Source: Candidatus Methanoperedens sp. (GTDB taxonomy: Archaea; Halobacteriota; Methanosarcinia; Methanosarcinales; Methanoperedenaceae). From it: a DNA stretch of 32,000 nucleotides. Each line of letters starts with the position of its first letter. Position 1 is the first letter of the stretch. Both the position numbers and the translations under genes were made by a program. The notes beneath the pieces were generated by a model that was given only the letters and a program-made list of their open reading frames with translations, ran no database searches and was not told where the DNA came from. The stretch lies in NCBI GenBank assembly GCA_041494705.1, contig JBGQBI010000003.1:210001-242000 (forward strand), given 5' to 3'. Shown one piece after another: positions 17,805-25,812 of this stretch.

Positions 17805-19472
17805 ATGGGGAAAGAAATTACAGCATTTGATTACGAAAAGGAGAGAGCGAAGTTCACATGGGATATCCCGGAAGATTACAATTTTGTTGATACTATTAGA
17901 AAGTGGGCAATGGATAGAACAAAGTTGATGGCAATCACCGAGCATCCGGATGGGAAGGTCGAAAAAGCGGCATACTGGGAAGTGTGGGATAATGCAATGC
18001 GACTTGGGAATATCCTGAGAGAATCCGGCATCCACAAAGGCGACCGGGTTTTGGTAATACTTCCGCGGGGAATAGATGTTTATGCTGCGAGCACAGGCAT
18101 CTGGGCAGTCGGCGGTGTTGTCGTTCCCGGCACAATAATGCTAAGGAGAGCGGACATAGAATACAGGATTCTGGATGCGGGGGTAAAAGCACTTATTACC
18201 GGTGATTCGGAAGTCGCTGATGAGGTAGATGCAATAAAAGACAAAATTCCGATTCGCAATTTTTTCTTTTCAGGTGAGAGGAAGGGATGGAGGAACCTGC
18301 GAGAGGAATCCGCTCATGTATCAAGAAAATTAGAACTTGAAGAAATTAAAAAAGATGATATTTTAGCCATCACCTACACCTCAGGCACTACCGGCGCGCC
18401 GAAAGGAGTCGTCCACACCCATTCATTGATGCACTGTTTCGAGAGGCTCAACAGGTACTACTGGTGGAACACGCAGCCGGATGAGCTCTGCTGGGCAACC
18501 ACAGAACCCGGATGGGCTAAATGGTACTGGGCGCCTTTCGGGGCTATTTTGAACGCCGGCGCGGCGAATTTCCATTACACGGGCAGGTTTAACCCTGAAA
18601 AATGGTATGAGCTGCTCGATAAATGGAGGATAAACAGGGCATGCATGACGCCAACGGAACTGCGGGCAATGGCGACACTCGATGATGCGAACAAAAGATA
18701 CGAACTTTCGGATTTGAAGGTCATTTTGACAGCAGGTGAGCCATGTACGCCCGGGATTGTCAGGTTCTTTGATGAGAAATTCGGGATAAGCGTCAGGGAA
18801 GGTTATGGACAAACGGAAACCTGTGCTGTGGCGTGCACCCTGCCTGGAATGGAGATAAAGCCCGGCTCGATGGGAAAGTTCACGCCCGGGGTTGAGGGAG
18901 CAATCGTGAACCCTGAAACCGGAGAAAGAGTGAAGGCAGGCGAAAAGGGAGTAATCGCCGTTGTCAAAAACCACCCCATGCTGTTCAAGGGATATTATAA
19001 TAAGCCCCAGAAAACCGCAGAATGTTTTGCGGGCGACTGGTACCTGACCGGTGACATTGCAATGATAGATGAGTCCGGGTACATCTGGTTTGATTCACGG
19101 GCTGACGACATCTGCAAAAGTTCGGGATACAGGATAGGTCCTTTTGAAGTCGAGAGCGCGGTTAATTCACATAAAGCTGTCCTTGAGTGCGCGATGGTGC
19201 CAAGCCCTGACATTTTGAGAGGGGAAATTGTCAAGGTTTTTGTGGTATTGAAGGAGGGATACGAACCTTCGGAGGAACTTGCCAGGGATATCCAGCAGCA
19301 TGTCAAGAAGATGACAGCCCCTTATAAGTATCCGAGGGCTGTTGAATTTGTCAGGGAGCTTCCCAAAACCATCAGCGGCAAGATAAAGCGCAGGGAACTT
19401 CGGATGATGGAATTTGAGAGAAAGAGGGACGTGATTGAGAAGCTCAAGGAAAAGGGATTGTGGGAGAGGTAG
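17805..19472 (+). CDS. AMP-forming acyl-CoA synthetase (medium-chain/ACSM-like)
   Basis: 555 aa with the AMP-binding motif YTSGTTGAPKG, plus GYGQTE, DGYIWFDSRADD and a C-terminal SGKIKR. A strong SD (AAGGAGGT) lies upstream. Confidence 0.9.
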   Translation: MGKEITAFDYEKERAKFTWDIPEDYNFVDTIRKWAMDRTKLMAITEHPDGKVEKAAYWEVWDNAMRLGNILRESGIHKGDRVLVILPRGIDVYAASTGIWAVGGVVVPGTIMLRRADIEYRILDAGVKALITGDSEVADEVDAIKDKIPIRNFFFSGERKGWRNLREESAHVSRKLELEEIKKDDILAITYTSGTTGAPKGVVHTHSLMHCFERLNRYYWWNTQPDELCWATTEPGWAKWYWAPFGAILNAGAANFHYTGRFNPEKWYELLDKWRINRACMTPTELRAMATLDDANKRYELSDLKVILTAGEPCTPGIVRFFDEKFGISVREGYGQTETCAVACTLPGMEIKPGSMGKFTPGVEGAIVNPETGERVKAGEKGVIAVVKNHPMLFKGYYNKPQKTAECFAGDWYLTGDIAMIDESGYIWFDSRADDICKSSGYRIGPFEVESAVNSHKAVLECAMVPSPDILRGEIVKVFVVLKEGYEPSEELARDIQQHVKKMTAPYKYPRAVEFVRELPKTISGKIKRRELRMMEFERKRDVIEKLKEKGLWER

Positions 19473-19517
19473 TTTTCATAACACATCCTTATATCCTCAT
19501 GAACCATAGCGCAGAGC

Positions 19518-20282
19518 ATGGTAAGCTACCAGACGATGGTGAAGGATGTCATAAAAAAAGCCGATATCCTTCTTGAGGTAATCGATGCGCGGTTTCCGGA
19601 TGAGACCCGGAACAGCGAGGTTGAGCGTGACGTAGCGCGTTCAAAGAAGCCGTTCATAATAGTCCTTAACAAATGCGATCTTGTATCAAAGGAAATCCTT
19701 GAGAAAACCAAATCCCGCCTGTCAAAAATTGCTCCCACGGTCTTTATTTCCAGTAAGACAAGGTTCGGGACAACAATGTTAAGACACAAGATTCTTGAAA
19801 CCGCAGGCATAAAAGGCCGCGATATACTGGTCGGCTCTCTTGGCTATCCCAACACAGGCAAATCATCGGTGATAAATGCCGTGGCCGGGAGACACAAAGC
19901 CAGTACTTCATCAATATCAGGTCACACAAAAGGAGTGCAGCTTGTGAATGCGGGTTCGCGCATCATGTTATTAGATACACCGGGAATAATTCCCTTTGGC
20001 GAGAACGATGAGTTTATTCAGGGCATTCTCTCAGTGAAGGATGCAACACACATTAAGGACCCGGTCGGTGTTGCCATGAAGATAATAGAGAGATTTTGCG
20101 CTGAAAATAAAACTGCACTGGAATCCTTCTATCATGTCACAATAGAGGGGCAGGATTCTTATGATGCGCTTCTACTGATAGGCAGGGAGAGCAACTGTCT
20201 GAAGAAGAAAGGCGAGGTGGATGATACGAGGGCGGCTGTCAGGATTATCAATGACTGGCAAAAAGGGCTTCTTATGATTTAG
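19518..20282 (+). CDS. Circularly permuted GTPase (YlqF/RbgA / nucleostemin-like ribosome-biogenesis GTPase)
   Basis: 254 aa. The G-motif order is G4 NKCDL, then G1 GYPNTGKSS, then G3 DTPG, which is typical of cpGTPases. Confidence 0.8.
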   Translation: MVSYQTMVKDVIKKADILLEVIDARFPDETRNSEVERDVARSKKPFIIVLNKCDLVSKEILEKTKSRLSKIAPTVFISSKTRFGTTMLRHKILETAGIKGRDILVGSLGYPNTGKSSVINAVAGRHKASTSSISGHTKGVQLVNAGSRIMLLDTPGIIPFGENDEFIQGILSVKDATHIKDPVGVAMKIIERFCAENKTALESFYHVTIEGQDSYDALLLIGRESNCLKKKGEVDDTRAAVRIINDWQKGLLMI

Positions 20283-20304
20283 GTGGGAAAAATGAGTGAT
20301 ATGG

Positions 20305-20351
20305 CTATATGCCTGCCCGCCGCGCCTGTGTTTGCGGACGTGGCGGGTGCG
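20305..20351. repeat. Left copy of the GC-rich direct repeat flanking the three-gene cassette
   Basis: It aligns gap-free with 21430-21476 at offset 1125. The core 20323-20351 matches 27/29, including 17 identical nt (CGCCTGTGTTTGCGGAC); the whole repeat matches 38/47. It can fold as CCCGCCGCG (20316-20324) with CGTGGCGGG (20339-20347) and a 14-nt loop. Confidence 0.75.
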
Positions 20352-20421
20352 GGCGCACTGTTGGGAGAAACCACTTGACATAGGAAAAATATATTGCTAA
20401 AGAAGATTAAGAAACGAATAT

Positions 20422-20700
20422 ATGAGTACTGTTTTGCATAAGCTTTCAAAAGAAAAGGGGATTAAAGAAGATAAACTTGTTAACGAAGGTATAAGGGCGT
20501 ATATAAAGTCAGAACTGGGAAAAATAGAGGTGCATCTGCATGTCCTGTATCACAAATATGGAATAAATTCCATCAAGGAACTGGAGCGGGCTATAGAGAA
20601 GGGAAAGGTGGTCGAATCGGACGTGTTTGAAGACCTGACCAAGATAGACTACCTGGAAGCTGAGAAAGCCAAACTAAAAAAACTTATAAAAACTGTATAG
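20422..20700 (+). CDS. Small helical protein, putative antitoxin/adaptor of the cassette
   Basis: 92 aa. Its stop codon TAG abuts the ATG of the next gene (TAGATG). The N-terminus LSKEKGIKEDKLVNEGIRAYI is RHH-helix-like, and the C-terminus is coiled and charged. A TATA-like AAAATATATT lies about 30 nt upstream. Confidence 0.55.
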   Translation: MSTVLHKLSKEKGIKEDKLVNEGIRAYIKSELGKIEVHLHVLYHKYGINSIKELERAIEKGKVVESDVFEDLTKIDYLEAEKAKLKKLIKTV

Positions 20701-21090
20701 ATGATAGACTCTCTTCTCGCGAAGCTGGCTGATATTGCTGAAATTGAGTATGCGGACGTTGTTATAGGATGCGAGATTGTCGAAGGAAAATTGAGAATAT
20801 ATATTGTAGATGAATCTTTTCTTGACGTGTGGTTTTCAAGGCAGCTTGAGGGTAGATATGCATACCACTGGGAAAGAAGACATGTGGATGAAACAATATA
20901 TAGATGGGATAACGCAAAGCATGAAGTATGGAGTGGCGTCAAAACGTTCCCTCACCATTTTCACGAAGCTTTTGATAATGATGTGAGTGAAAGTTCACTG
21001 CCTGCGACGCCGGATAAAGCATTGAGATATGTCATGAATTATATCAGGGAGTTGTTGTATAACGAAAAAATAAGAAAACCAAAGAGGTGA
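20701..21090 (+). CDS. DUF6516/TumE-like putative toxin
   Basis: 129 aa. The His-rich signature YHWERRH...RWDNAKHE...TFPHHFHE matches my recollection of the TumE (DUF6516) pattern RyDNapHH...fPHHkH. Needs an HMM check. Confidence 0.5.
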   Translation: MIDSLLAKLADIAEIEYADVVIGCEIVEGKLRIYIVDESFLDVWFSRQLEGRYAYHWERRHVDETIYRWDNAKHEVWSGVKTFPHHFHEAFDNDVSESSLPATPDKALRYVMNYIRELLYNEKIRKPKR

Positions 21091-21353
21091 ATATTATGGA
21101 AAAGATAATCCCTGTCTGTCCTAACTGCGGGGGCGATGTGGTAGAGAAAAAAGTAGAGAAGCTCGTGAAAGGCGGTTGCAATGCGGCAGTGCTTACCGTG
21201 GAGGCTGGAGTATGCATGAAATGCGGCGAGCGCTACTATACAAAAGAAACTCACGAGAAGATGCAGAAAATCAGGAAAGAGCTTGAGCATGGGTCTACAA
21301 AAGATTACCGCCTGATCGGGCATACGTATGCCTACGAAGGAGTGGTTGCTTGA
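21087..21353 (+). CDS. YgiT-type zinc-ribbon protein (MqsA N-terminal-domain-like, no HTH)
   Basis: 88 aa as tracked (GTG 21087, 4-nt overlap with the upstream stop); ATG 21096 is an alternative start. CPNCGG...x(28)...CMKCGERYY forms a two-CxxC zinc ribbon, as in YgiT/MqsA N-domains. Confidence 0.6.
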   Translation: MNIMEKIIPVCPNCGGDVVEKKVEKLVKGGCNAAVLTVEAGVCMKCGERYYTKETHEKMQKIRKELEHGSTKDYRLIGHTYAYEGVVA

Positions 21354-21429
21354 GGTAAGTTCTGCTCTGATTGAGTAAGTAGTAAGTAGGGGATTGAGGA
21401 TTAAAACTTTGAAAACATGGGTGGAATAA

Positions 21430-21476
21430 CTATATTGGCGCTCGCTACGCCTGTGTTTGCGGACATGGCGGATGCG
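21430..21476. repeat. Right copy of the GC-rich direct repeat flanking the three-gene cassette
   Basis: See 20305-20351. At the positions equivalent to the left-copy stem, 7 of 9 pairs are retained (counting G-T). One left-copy G-T becomes A-T here. Confidence 0.75.
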
Positions 21477-21503
21477 CATTCGATAAACAAATAGCAACTT
21501 TTA

Positions 21504-21728
21504 TTATGCAGCTTTTGAATGAATTTCTTTGACTCTTCCAACCCTGCCATCTTCTAATTGAACCTTTATTCCATGCGGATGAAATGAAGAATTTGTCAAA
21601 ATTCTCTTTACAATACCTTGGGTTATTTTCCCTGTTCTCTGGTCTTGCTTTAAAACAATCCCTACACTTGCTCCCTGTTTTATATTTTCCCTGGCTGTAC
21701 CTTTGTTCATATTAAAATGTAAATTCAT
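21504..21728 (-). CDS. YwbE/DUF2196-family small protein
   Basis: 74 aa. GKITQGIVKRILTNSSFHPHGIKVQLEDGRVGRVKEI matches the YwbE-type conserved core as I recall it. Confidence 0.6.
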   Translation of the reverse strand: MNLHFNMNKGTARENIKQGASVGIVLKQDQRTGKITQGIVKRILTNSSFHPHGIKVQLEDGRVGRVKEIHSKAA

Positions 21729-21895
21729 ATTTTATTATATAAACATATACATTCTTAAAAAATTCAAGTGCGAAAGATGGAGGGTTTTGGAGAGGGTTGG
21801 CTCTATTTATGAGCATGAGGATTTACAGGCGCAAAACACGATAGAGAGGATGTTATGCTAACCCCCGCAACGGTAACCCTTAATATTAATTTGAA

Positions 21896-22132
21896 CTATA
21901 GTCTAATACGTCCATTATACTTTTTGTTCTTCTTTTTTATCTTTTCCAATATGAATCCTATTATACCAAGTGCAAGTATTAGCCAAACGATTATACCTAC
22001 TATTTGATTAATAACCTAAACTACTAAATTCAGTACCGACAATATAATTACAGAGGTAATGAAATCGATATCTTTATCTGGCTTAAATGGCTTCTCCATA
22101 CCGAGATTTATAGCCATTCTCCTAAATCCCAT
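21896..22132 (-). pseudogene. Small two-TM membrane protein ORF interrupted by an in-frame TAG (at 22016-22018)
   Basis: My translation is MGFRRMAINLGMEKPFKPDKDIDFITSVIILSVLNLVV-TAG-VINQIVGIIVWLILALGIIGFILEKIKKKNKKYNGRIRL-TAG. Hydrophobic character continues across the stop, and the downstream half has no start codon. GAGGT lies 6 nt upstream of the ATG. Confidence 0.35.
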
Positions 22133-22141
22133 AATTACCTC

Positions 22142-22216
22142 TCATTTATGTTCCATATGGGGTTTCCAACCATGTGTTTTACAGGTTTTACATTCCTGTT
22201 GCTTTACTTGATTCAT
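22142..22216 (-). CDS. Possible 24-aa Cys/His-rich micropeptide
   Basis: The ORF reads MNQVKQQECKTCKTHGWKPHMEHK* and ends 9 nt before the ATG of the TM ORF. Its only support is position within the minus-strand ORF string. Very tentative. Confidence 0.15.
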   Translation of the reverse strand: MNQVKQQECKTCKTHGWKPHMEHK

Positions 22217-22285
22217 AATTTTGTTAGTGGGTTTAGGGAAAATTTGTAATTTATCATGATTTTTCTCTTACTAATGACGTATGAT

Positions 22286-22612
22286 CTATTTTTCTTCGAT
22301 AGTTTTAATCCAATCAAGAAGTTCATTTTCACTCCGAATAATTCTATTTTCGATATATCTGGGTTTCCAATTGATTCCTTTCCCTGACTTATCATAAAAT
22401 AATCCAACCGTATGTGGATATCTATTTTTTATAGTATCTTGTTTTAAAACATCGCTTAAATTTATTTTACGACCTGGTTGGGTTTTTTTATTAATCCTAT
22501 CCCTATAAGCGACTCCATATTTTACAATGTTTCTTCCTTTGTTTCCAATTGAAGGAAAATAAATAATCCAATCAATCTCTATAAAATGAAATTTATTAGT
22601 AATTGTTCTCAC
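22286..22612 (-). CDS. Hypothetical protein in AT-rich islet
   Basis: A 108-aa K/I/N-rich ORF that starts 40 nt downstream of the stop of the PurM-like gene, on the same strand. I recognise no family. Confidence 0.4.
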   Translation of the reverse strand: MRTITNKFHFIEIDWIIYFPSIGNKGRNIVKYGVAYRDRINKKTQPGRKINLSDVLKQDTIKNRYPHTVGLFYDKSGKGINWKPRYIENRIIRSENELLDWIKTIEEK

Positions 22613-22652
22613 CGTTTATTGTAAATCAATGTCATAATTTATGTTGGAATAT

Positions 22653-23969
22653 CTATTTCCCCCTCAATCTCGCAACTACCCTTCTTTTCCTCTCAACAGC
22701 CTGCTCCGCCGCCTTATCCACAGCCCTCTTCATAGCCTCAAAATTCCGCGGCGTCTTTTCGCCCACAAGTTTCTTGATAGGCGTATATGCTGATTCCCTG
22801 AAGCGGGGCGTAAAATCGCGGATTTCCCCGTCAACTATTAATTCCGCGCCCTTTCCCTCTTTGACCTCTCCGACAATATCGATAGCCACGTCTTTATTCC
22901 TCACGCACTCAAGAATCTCATCCGCATACTCAGGCGGCGTGATAATCAAAAGAGCATCCAGCGACACGCCAAGATAATCGATCTTGAGCTCATCCAGCAT
23001 CGCGAGCACCTTTTTATTCACAAGCCCTCGCATCTTCCCTTCCTCAAAAACCAGTTTAACGCCTGCCGTCCTTGATATCTCCTTGGCATCCCCGCGCACG
23101 CCGCCGTTTGTAACATCTGTCATTGCATGGATTTTCCCGATCAATTCGGCGTCGAACAGCGCTTCGCAGGCGTCGATGAACTTGAGGTTAATCGTTTCAT
23201 CCACGATATCGTGCATCCCGTAGTAAAGCGCTGTCGTGGACACTGTCCCGCCGCCCGCGCCTTCTGTCATGAGTATGACATCCCCCGGCTTTGCCTGGAT
23301 GCGCGCCGTGAGGCTCTCTGCCATGCCCACTGCGCCCACGCCGCCGGTCATACGTTCCCCTATTACCATGTCGCCGCCTATCCTGAGTGTGCTGCCTGTT
23401 ATCAGTGGTATGCCAGTCAGTTCCGATACCGTCGTAATGCCTGCTATATGGTCGAATATCTTTGCCACGTCGCCGTCATCAGCCACATGGATGTCGGAGA
23501 GCATCGCAACCGGCCGTGCGCCCATCACGTACACATCACGAAGCGCGGCACGTGCGACGTGAAAACCTGCAAGAAAAGGATAATCAGACAATCGCGAATG
23601 CATTCCGTCGATGGTGACCACAAGAAACTGCCCGCCCGCGCGCACAACCCCCGAATCGTCAAGATGCGATGAATCCACAACTGCGGAAGTCTTTCCGATA
23701 ACTTCGGCAATTTTCTCATGGGTATAAAAGTCACCCGCACCCCGCGAACCGACGCCGAATTCACCCATCGTCACGCCTGAGCTTACCGGTTTGAGTAATT
23801 CCCCTTCCGGATTGATTGTGGCTTTTGCCTCAACGATAACAGCGTTTGCAATCTCATCGGCATGTTTTTGCGAGATGTTTTTTATCTCAAGTATCCTTTC
23901 GGCAAGCTTTTCCGCCAAATTTTTATCATTGCGCAAAAGACCGCGTTTTGCATAGCCTTCAAGGTCCAT
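22653..23969 (-). CDS. AIR-synthase-related (PurM/ThiL/HypE/SelD superfamily) protein, specific function unknown
   Basis: HLDDSGVVRAGGQFLVVTIDGMHS and GARPVAMLSDIHV fit the PurM-like N-domain, and GGVRGDAKE the C-domain. I place the start at ATG 23969 (MDLEGYAKRG), an 11-nt overlap with hisH. The track start at 24059 would give a 101-nt overlap. Confidence 0.75.
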   Translation of the reverse strand: MDLEGYAKRGLLRNDKNLAEKLAERILEIKNISQKHADEIANAVIVEAKATINPEGELLKPVSSGVTMGEFGVGSRGAGDFYTHEKIAEVIGKTSAVVDSSHLDDSGVVRAGGQFLVVTIDGMHSRLSDYPFLAGFHVARAALRDVYVMGARPVAMLSDIHVADDGDVAKIFDHIAGITTVSELTGIPLITGSTLRIGGDMVIGERMTGGVGAVGMAESLTARIQAKPGDVILMTEGAGGGTVSTTALYYGMHDIVDETINLKFIDACEALFDAELIGKIHAMTDVTNGGVRGDAKEISRTAGVKLVFEEGKMRGLVNKKVLAMLDELKIDYLGVSLDALLIITPPEYADEILECVRNKDVAIDIVGEVKEGKGAELIVDGEIRDFTPRFRESAYTPIKKLVGEKTPRNFEAMKRAVDKAAEQAVERKRRVVARLRGK

Positions 23970-24570
23970 AGTTCTCCACGAAATTCGAAAGCATCCGAAG
24001 CCCGGTAGCGCCGCTTTTTTCAGGGTGGAACTGCGTGCCCACAACGTTTCCGGCTTCATTTGTGATAACAGCCGGGAAATCTATCCCGTAATCGCACATT
24101 GCAGCCTCGTATTTCTCATCTGTATTTACATAATATGAGTGAACAAAATAGACATAAGAACCATCCCGGATATTTTTTAACAGGGGGATATTCTTTTTAG
24201 CATTAATCGAATTCCAGCCCATGTGCGGAACTTTTAATTCGGAGGCGGGAAATCGTATCACTCTTCCCGGGATGATATCGATTCCAGTGTGCAGTCCGCC
24301 TTCTTCGCTCTCCGAAGCAAGCATCTGCATGCCGAGGCATATCCCGAGCAGGGGTTTACCCTCATTCACTGCATCTTTCACCACGCGCAGAAGTGTGGAA
24401 AAATGCATCATTGCATCGCGGAATGCCCCGACACCGGGGAGTATGAGGGCGTCGGCGCGGTCGATTGCCGAGGGTTCGTTTGATATTTCAACCTCTGCGC
24501 CAACATACTGGAGCGCTTTTTCAATGCTTCGCAGGTTTCCGAGTCCGTAATCGATTATGACAAGCTTCAT
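23959..24570 (-). CDS. hisH: Imidazole glycerol phosphate synthase, glutamine amidotransferase subunit
   Basis: 203 aa with MKLVIIDYGLGNLRS, the nucleophile motif GICLGMQ, and FVHSYY / QFHPEKS. Confidence 0.93.
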   Translation of the reverse strand: MKLVIIDYGLGNLRSIEKALQYVGAEVEISNEPSAIDRADALILPGVGAFRDAMMHFSTLLRVVKDAVNEGKPLLGICLGMQMLASESEEGGLHTGIDIIPGRVIRFPASELKVPHMGWNSINAKKNIPLLKNIRDGSYVYFVHSYYVNTDEKYEAAMCDYGIDFPAVITNEAGNVVGTQFHPEKSGATGLRMLSNFVENYGP

Positions 24571-24587
24571 TTTGCTCTAATTGGTTT

Positions 24588-25733
24588 CTAAATACTTAAA
24601 CCCTCAAGCCGCCGCGCCGCTTCCATGAGCGTCTCGTCCTTTTTTGAGAACGTAAAGCGAAGCTTGTGCTTCCCGGCCTCGCTCCTGTAAAAGCTGCTCC
24701 CCGGAACAGCCGCTACCCCAACATCGCTTACCATGTGTCTGGCGAACGTCATGTCGTCCATATCTATGCCCTCGGGTATATCTGCCAGTATGTAATATGC
24801 GCCCTCCGGCATCATGCATTTGAATCCGGCTTTTATCAGGGCATTATATAGGAGCTTTCTTTTTCCGTCGTACATCCTCGCAAGCTCCTCATAGTACGAA
24901 TCAGGGAACTTAAGCGCGGTAACACAGGCATGTTGAAGCGGCGCAGGTGCTCCCACGGTTAGGAAATCGTGTACCTTCCGTATAGCGGATGTGAGGGTTT
25001 TCTCTGCGAGGGCGTATCCTATCCTCCATCCCGTGACGCTGTATGTTTTTGAGAACCCGCTTATGGTTATCGTCCTGTCTCTCATTCCATCAAGCGAACC
25101 TATGCTGACATGCTTTTTGTTGTCGTACAGTATGTACTCGTAAATTTCATCAGTCACAGCGATAACATCATAGTCAACGCAAAGGTCTGCTATCATTTTC
25201 AGCTCATTTTTCATGAAAACCTTGCCGCATGGGTTATTCGGGGTATTCAGTATAAGCGCACGCGTCTTTTTATTAAAAGCTGAGGATAGCGCTTCTTCAT
25301 CGATGCTGTTGTCGTCATTTAAGGGAACAAAATGTGGAACTGCGCCGGAAACCGCAGCATCAGGACCGTAATTCTCATAGAATGGCTCAAAAACAACGAC
25401 CTCATCGCCTTCATTGATTATTGCAAGCATGGATGCCATCATGGCTTCAGTCGCGCCGCATGTTACCGTTATTTCACTATCAGGGTCAGCTTCAATATGA
25501 TTATACCTGCGGGCTTTTCGCGATATTTCATCCCTCAGGTCTTTTGCGCCCCAGGTAATCGAGTACTGGTTGTAATCCTCCATAATTGCAGAGGCTGCGG
25601 CGCGTTTTAATTCCGGAGGTGCAGGGAAATCCGGGAATCCCTGGGCAAGGTTGATTGCATTGTGTTTTATTGAAAGCCGCGTCATATCGCGAATGACAGA
25701 CTCCACAAAATGGTCAACTCTTCTTGATAACAT
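24588..25733 (-). CDS. Class I/II PLP-dependent aminotransferase (aspartate/kynurenine-type)
   Basis: 381 aa with a PLP-lysine region SGFSKTYSVTGWRIGY, plus NTPNNPCGKV and LRFTFSK near the C-terminus. Confidence 0.85.
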   Translation of the reverse strand: MLSRRVDHFVESVIRDMTRLSIKHNAINLAQGFPDFPAPPELKRAAASAIMEDYNQYSITWGAKDLRDEISRKARRYNHIEADPDSEITVTCGATEAMMASMLAIINEGDEVVVFEPFYENYGPDAAVSGAVPHFVPLNDDNSIDEEALSSAFNKKTRALILNTPNNPCGKVFMKNELKMIADLCVDYDVIAVTDEIYEYILYDNKKHVSIGSLDGMRDRTITISGFSKTYSVTGWRIGYALAEKTLTSAIRKVHDFLTVGAPAPLQHACVTALKFPDSYYEELARMYDGKRKLLYNALIKAGFKCMMPEGAYYILADIPEGIDMDDMTFARHMVSDVGVAAVPGSSFYRSEAGKHKLRFTFSKKDETLMEAARRLEGLSI

Positions 25734-25795
25734 AGACCTCCAAAAGACTTTGGTATATATTTAGACTTCTATTCAAAAACCGGTGTTGTATCACG

Positions 25796-25812
25796 AGTTT
25801 CCAGTGGAAACT
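25796..25812. promoter_or_regulatory. Perfect palindrome AGTTTCC-AGT-GGAAACT in a divergent promoter region
   Basis: 7-bp inverted arms with a 3-nt spacer lie between the aminotransferase (minus strand) and the ferredoxin/asd genes (plus strand). Two GAGGGG words follow (25813-25833). Confidence 0.35.

Noticed and set aside
20305-21476. Whether the 29-47-nt repeats could be a CRISPR array or integron attC sites
   Set aside because: There are only two copies 1125 bp apart with protein-coding content between them, so this is not CRISPR. I could not find the RYYYAAC / GTTRRRY R-box pair expected of attC (only an imperfect GTTGGGA at about 20360). No IntI-type integrase is adjacent, so an integron call is unsupported, although a hairpin-based recombination site remains possible.
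22213-22407. 64-aa minus-strand ORF overlapping the 3' part of the 108-aa ORF
   Set aside because: It is in a different frame and overlaps the longer ORF, in very AT-rich sequence where random ORFs are common. No support.
22286-22612. GIY-YIG nuclease assignment for the 108-aa AT-rich ORF (IIYF...KYGVAY...R)
   Set aside because: The spacing between the two Tyr motifs (14 residues) and the absence of clear downstream R/H/E/N positions do not fit the family well enough to call by eye.
23970-24059. Upstream extension of the PurM-like ORF to the start at 24059
   Set aside because: It would overlap hisH by 101 nt with a non-conserved-looking peptide (MKPETLWARSSTLKK...). ATG 23969 gives the usual short overlap and is preceded by GGAG.
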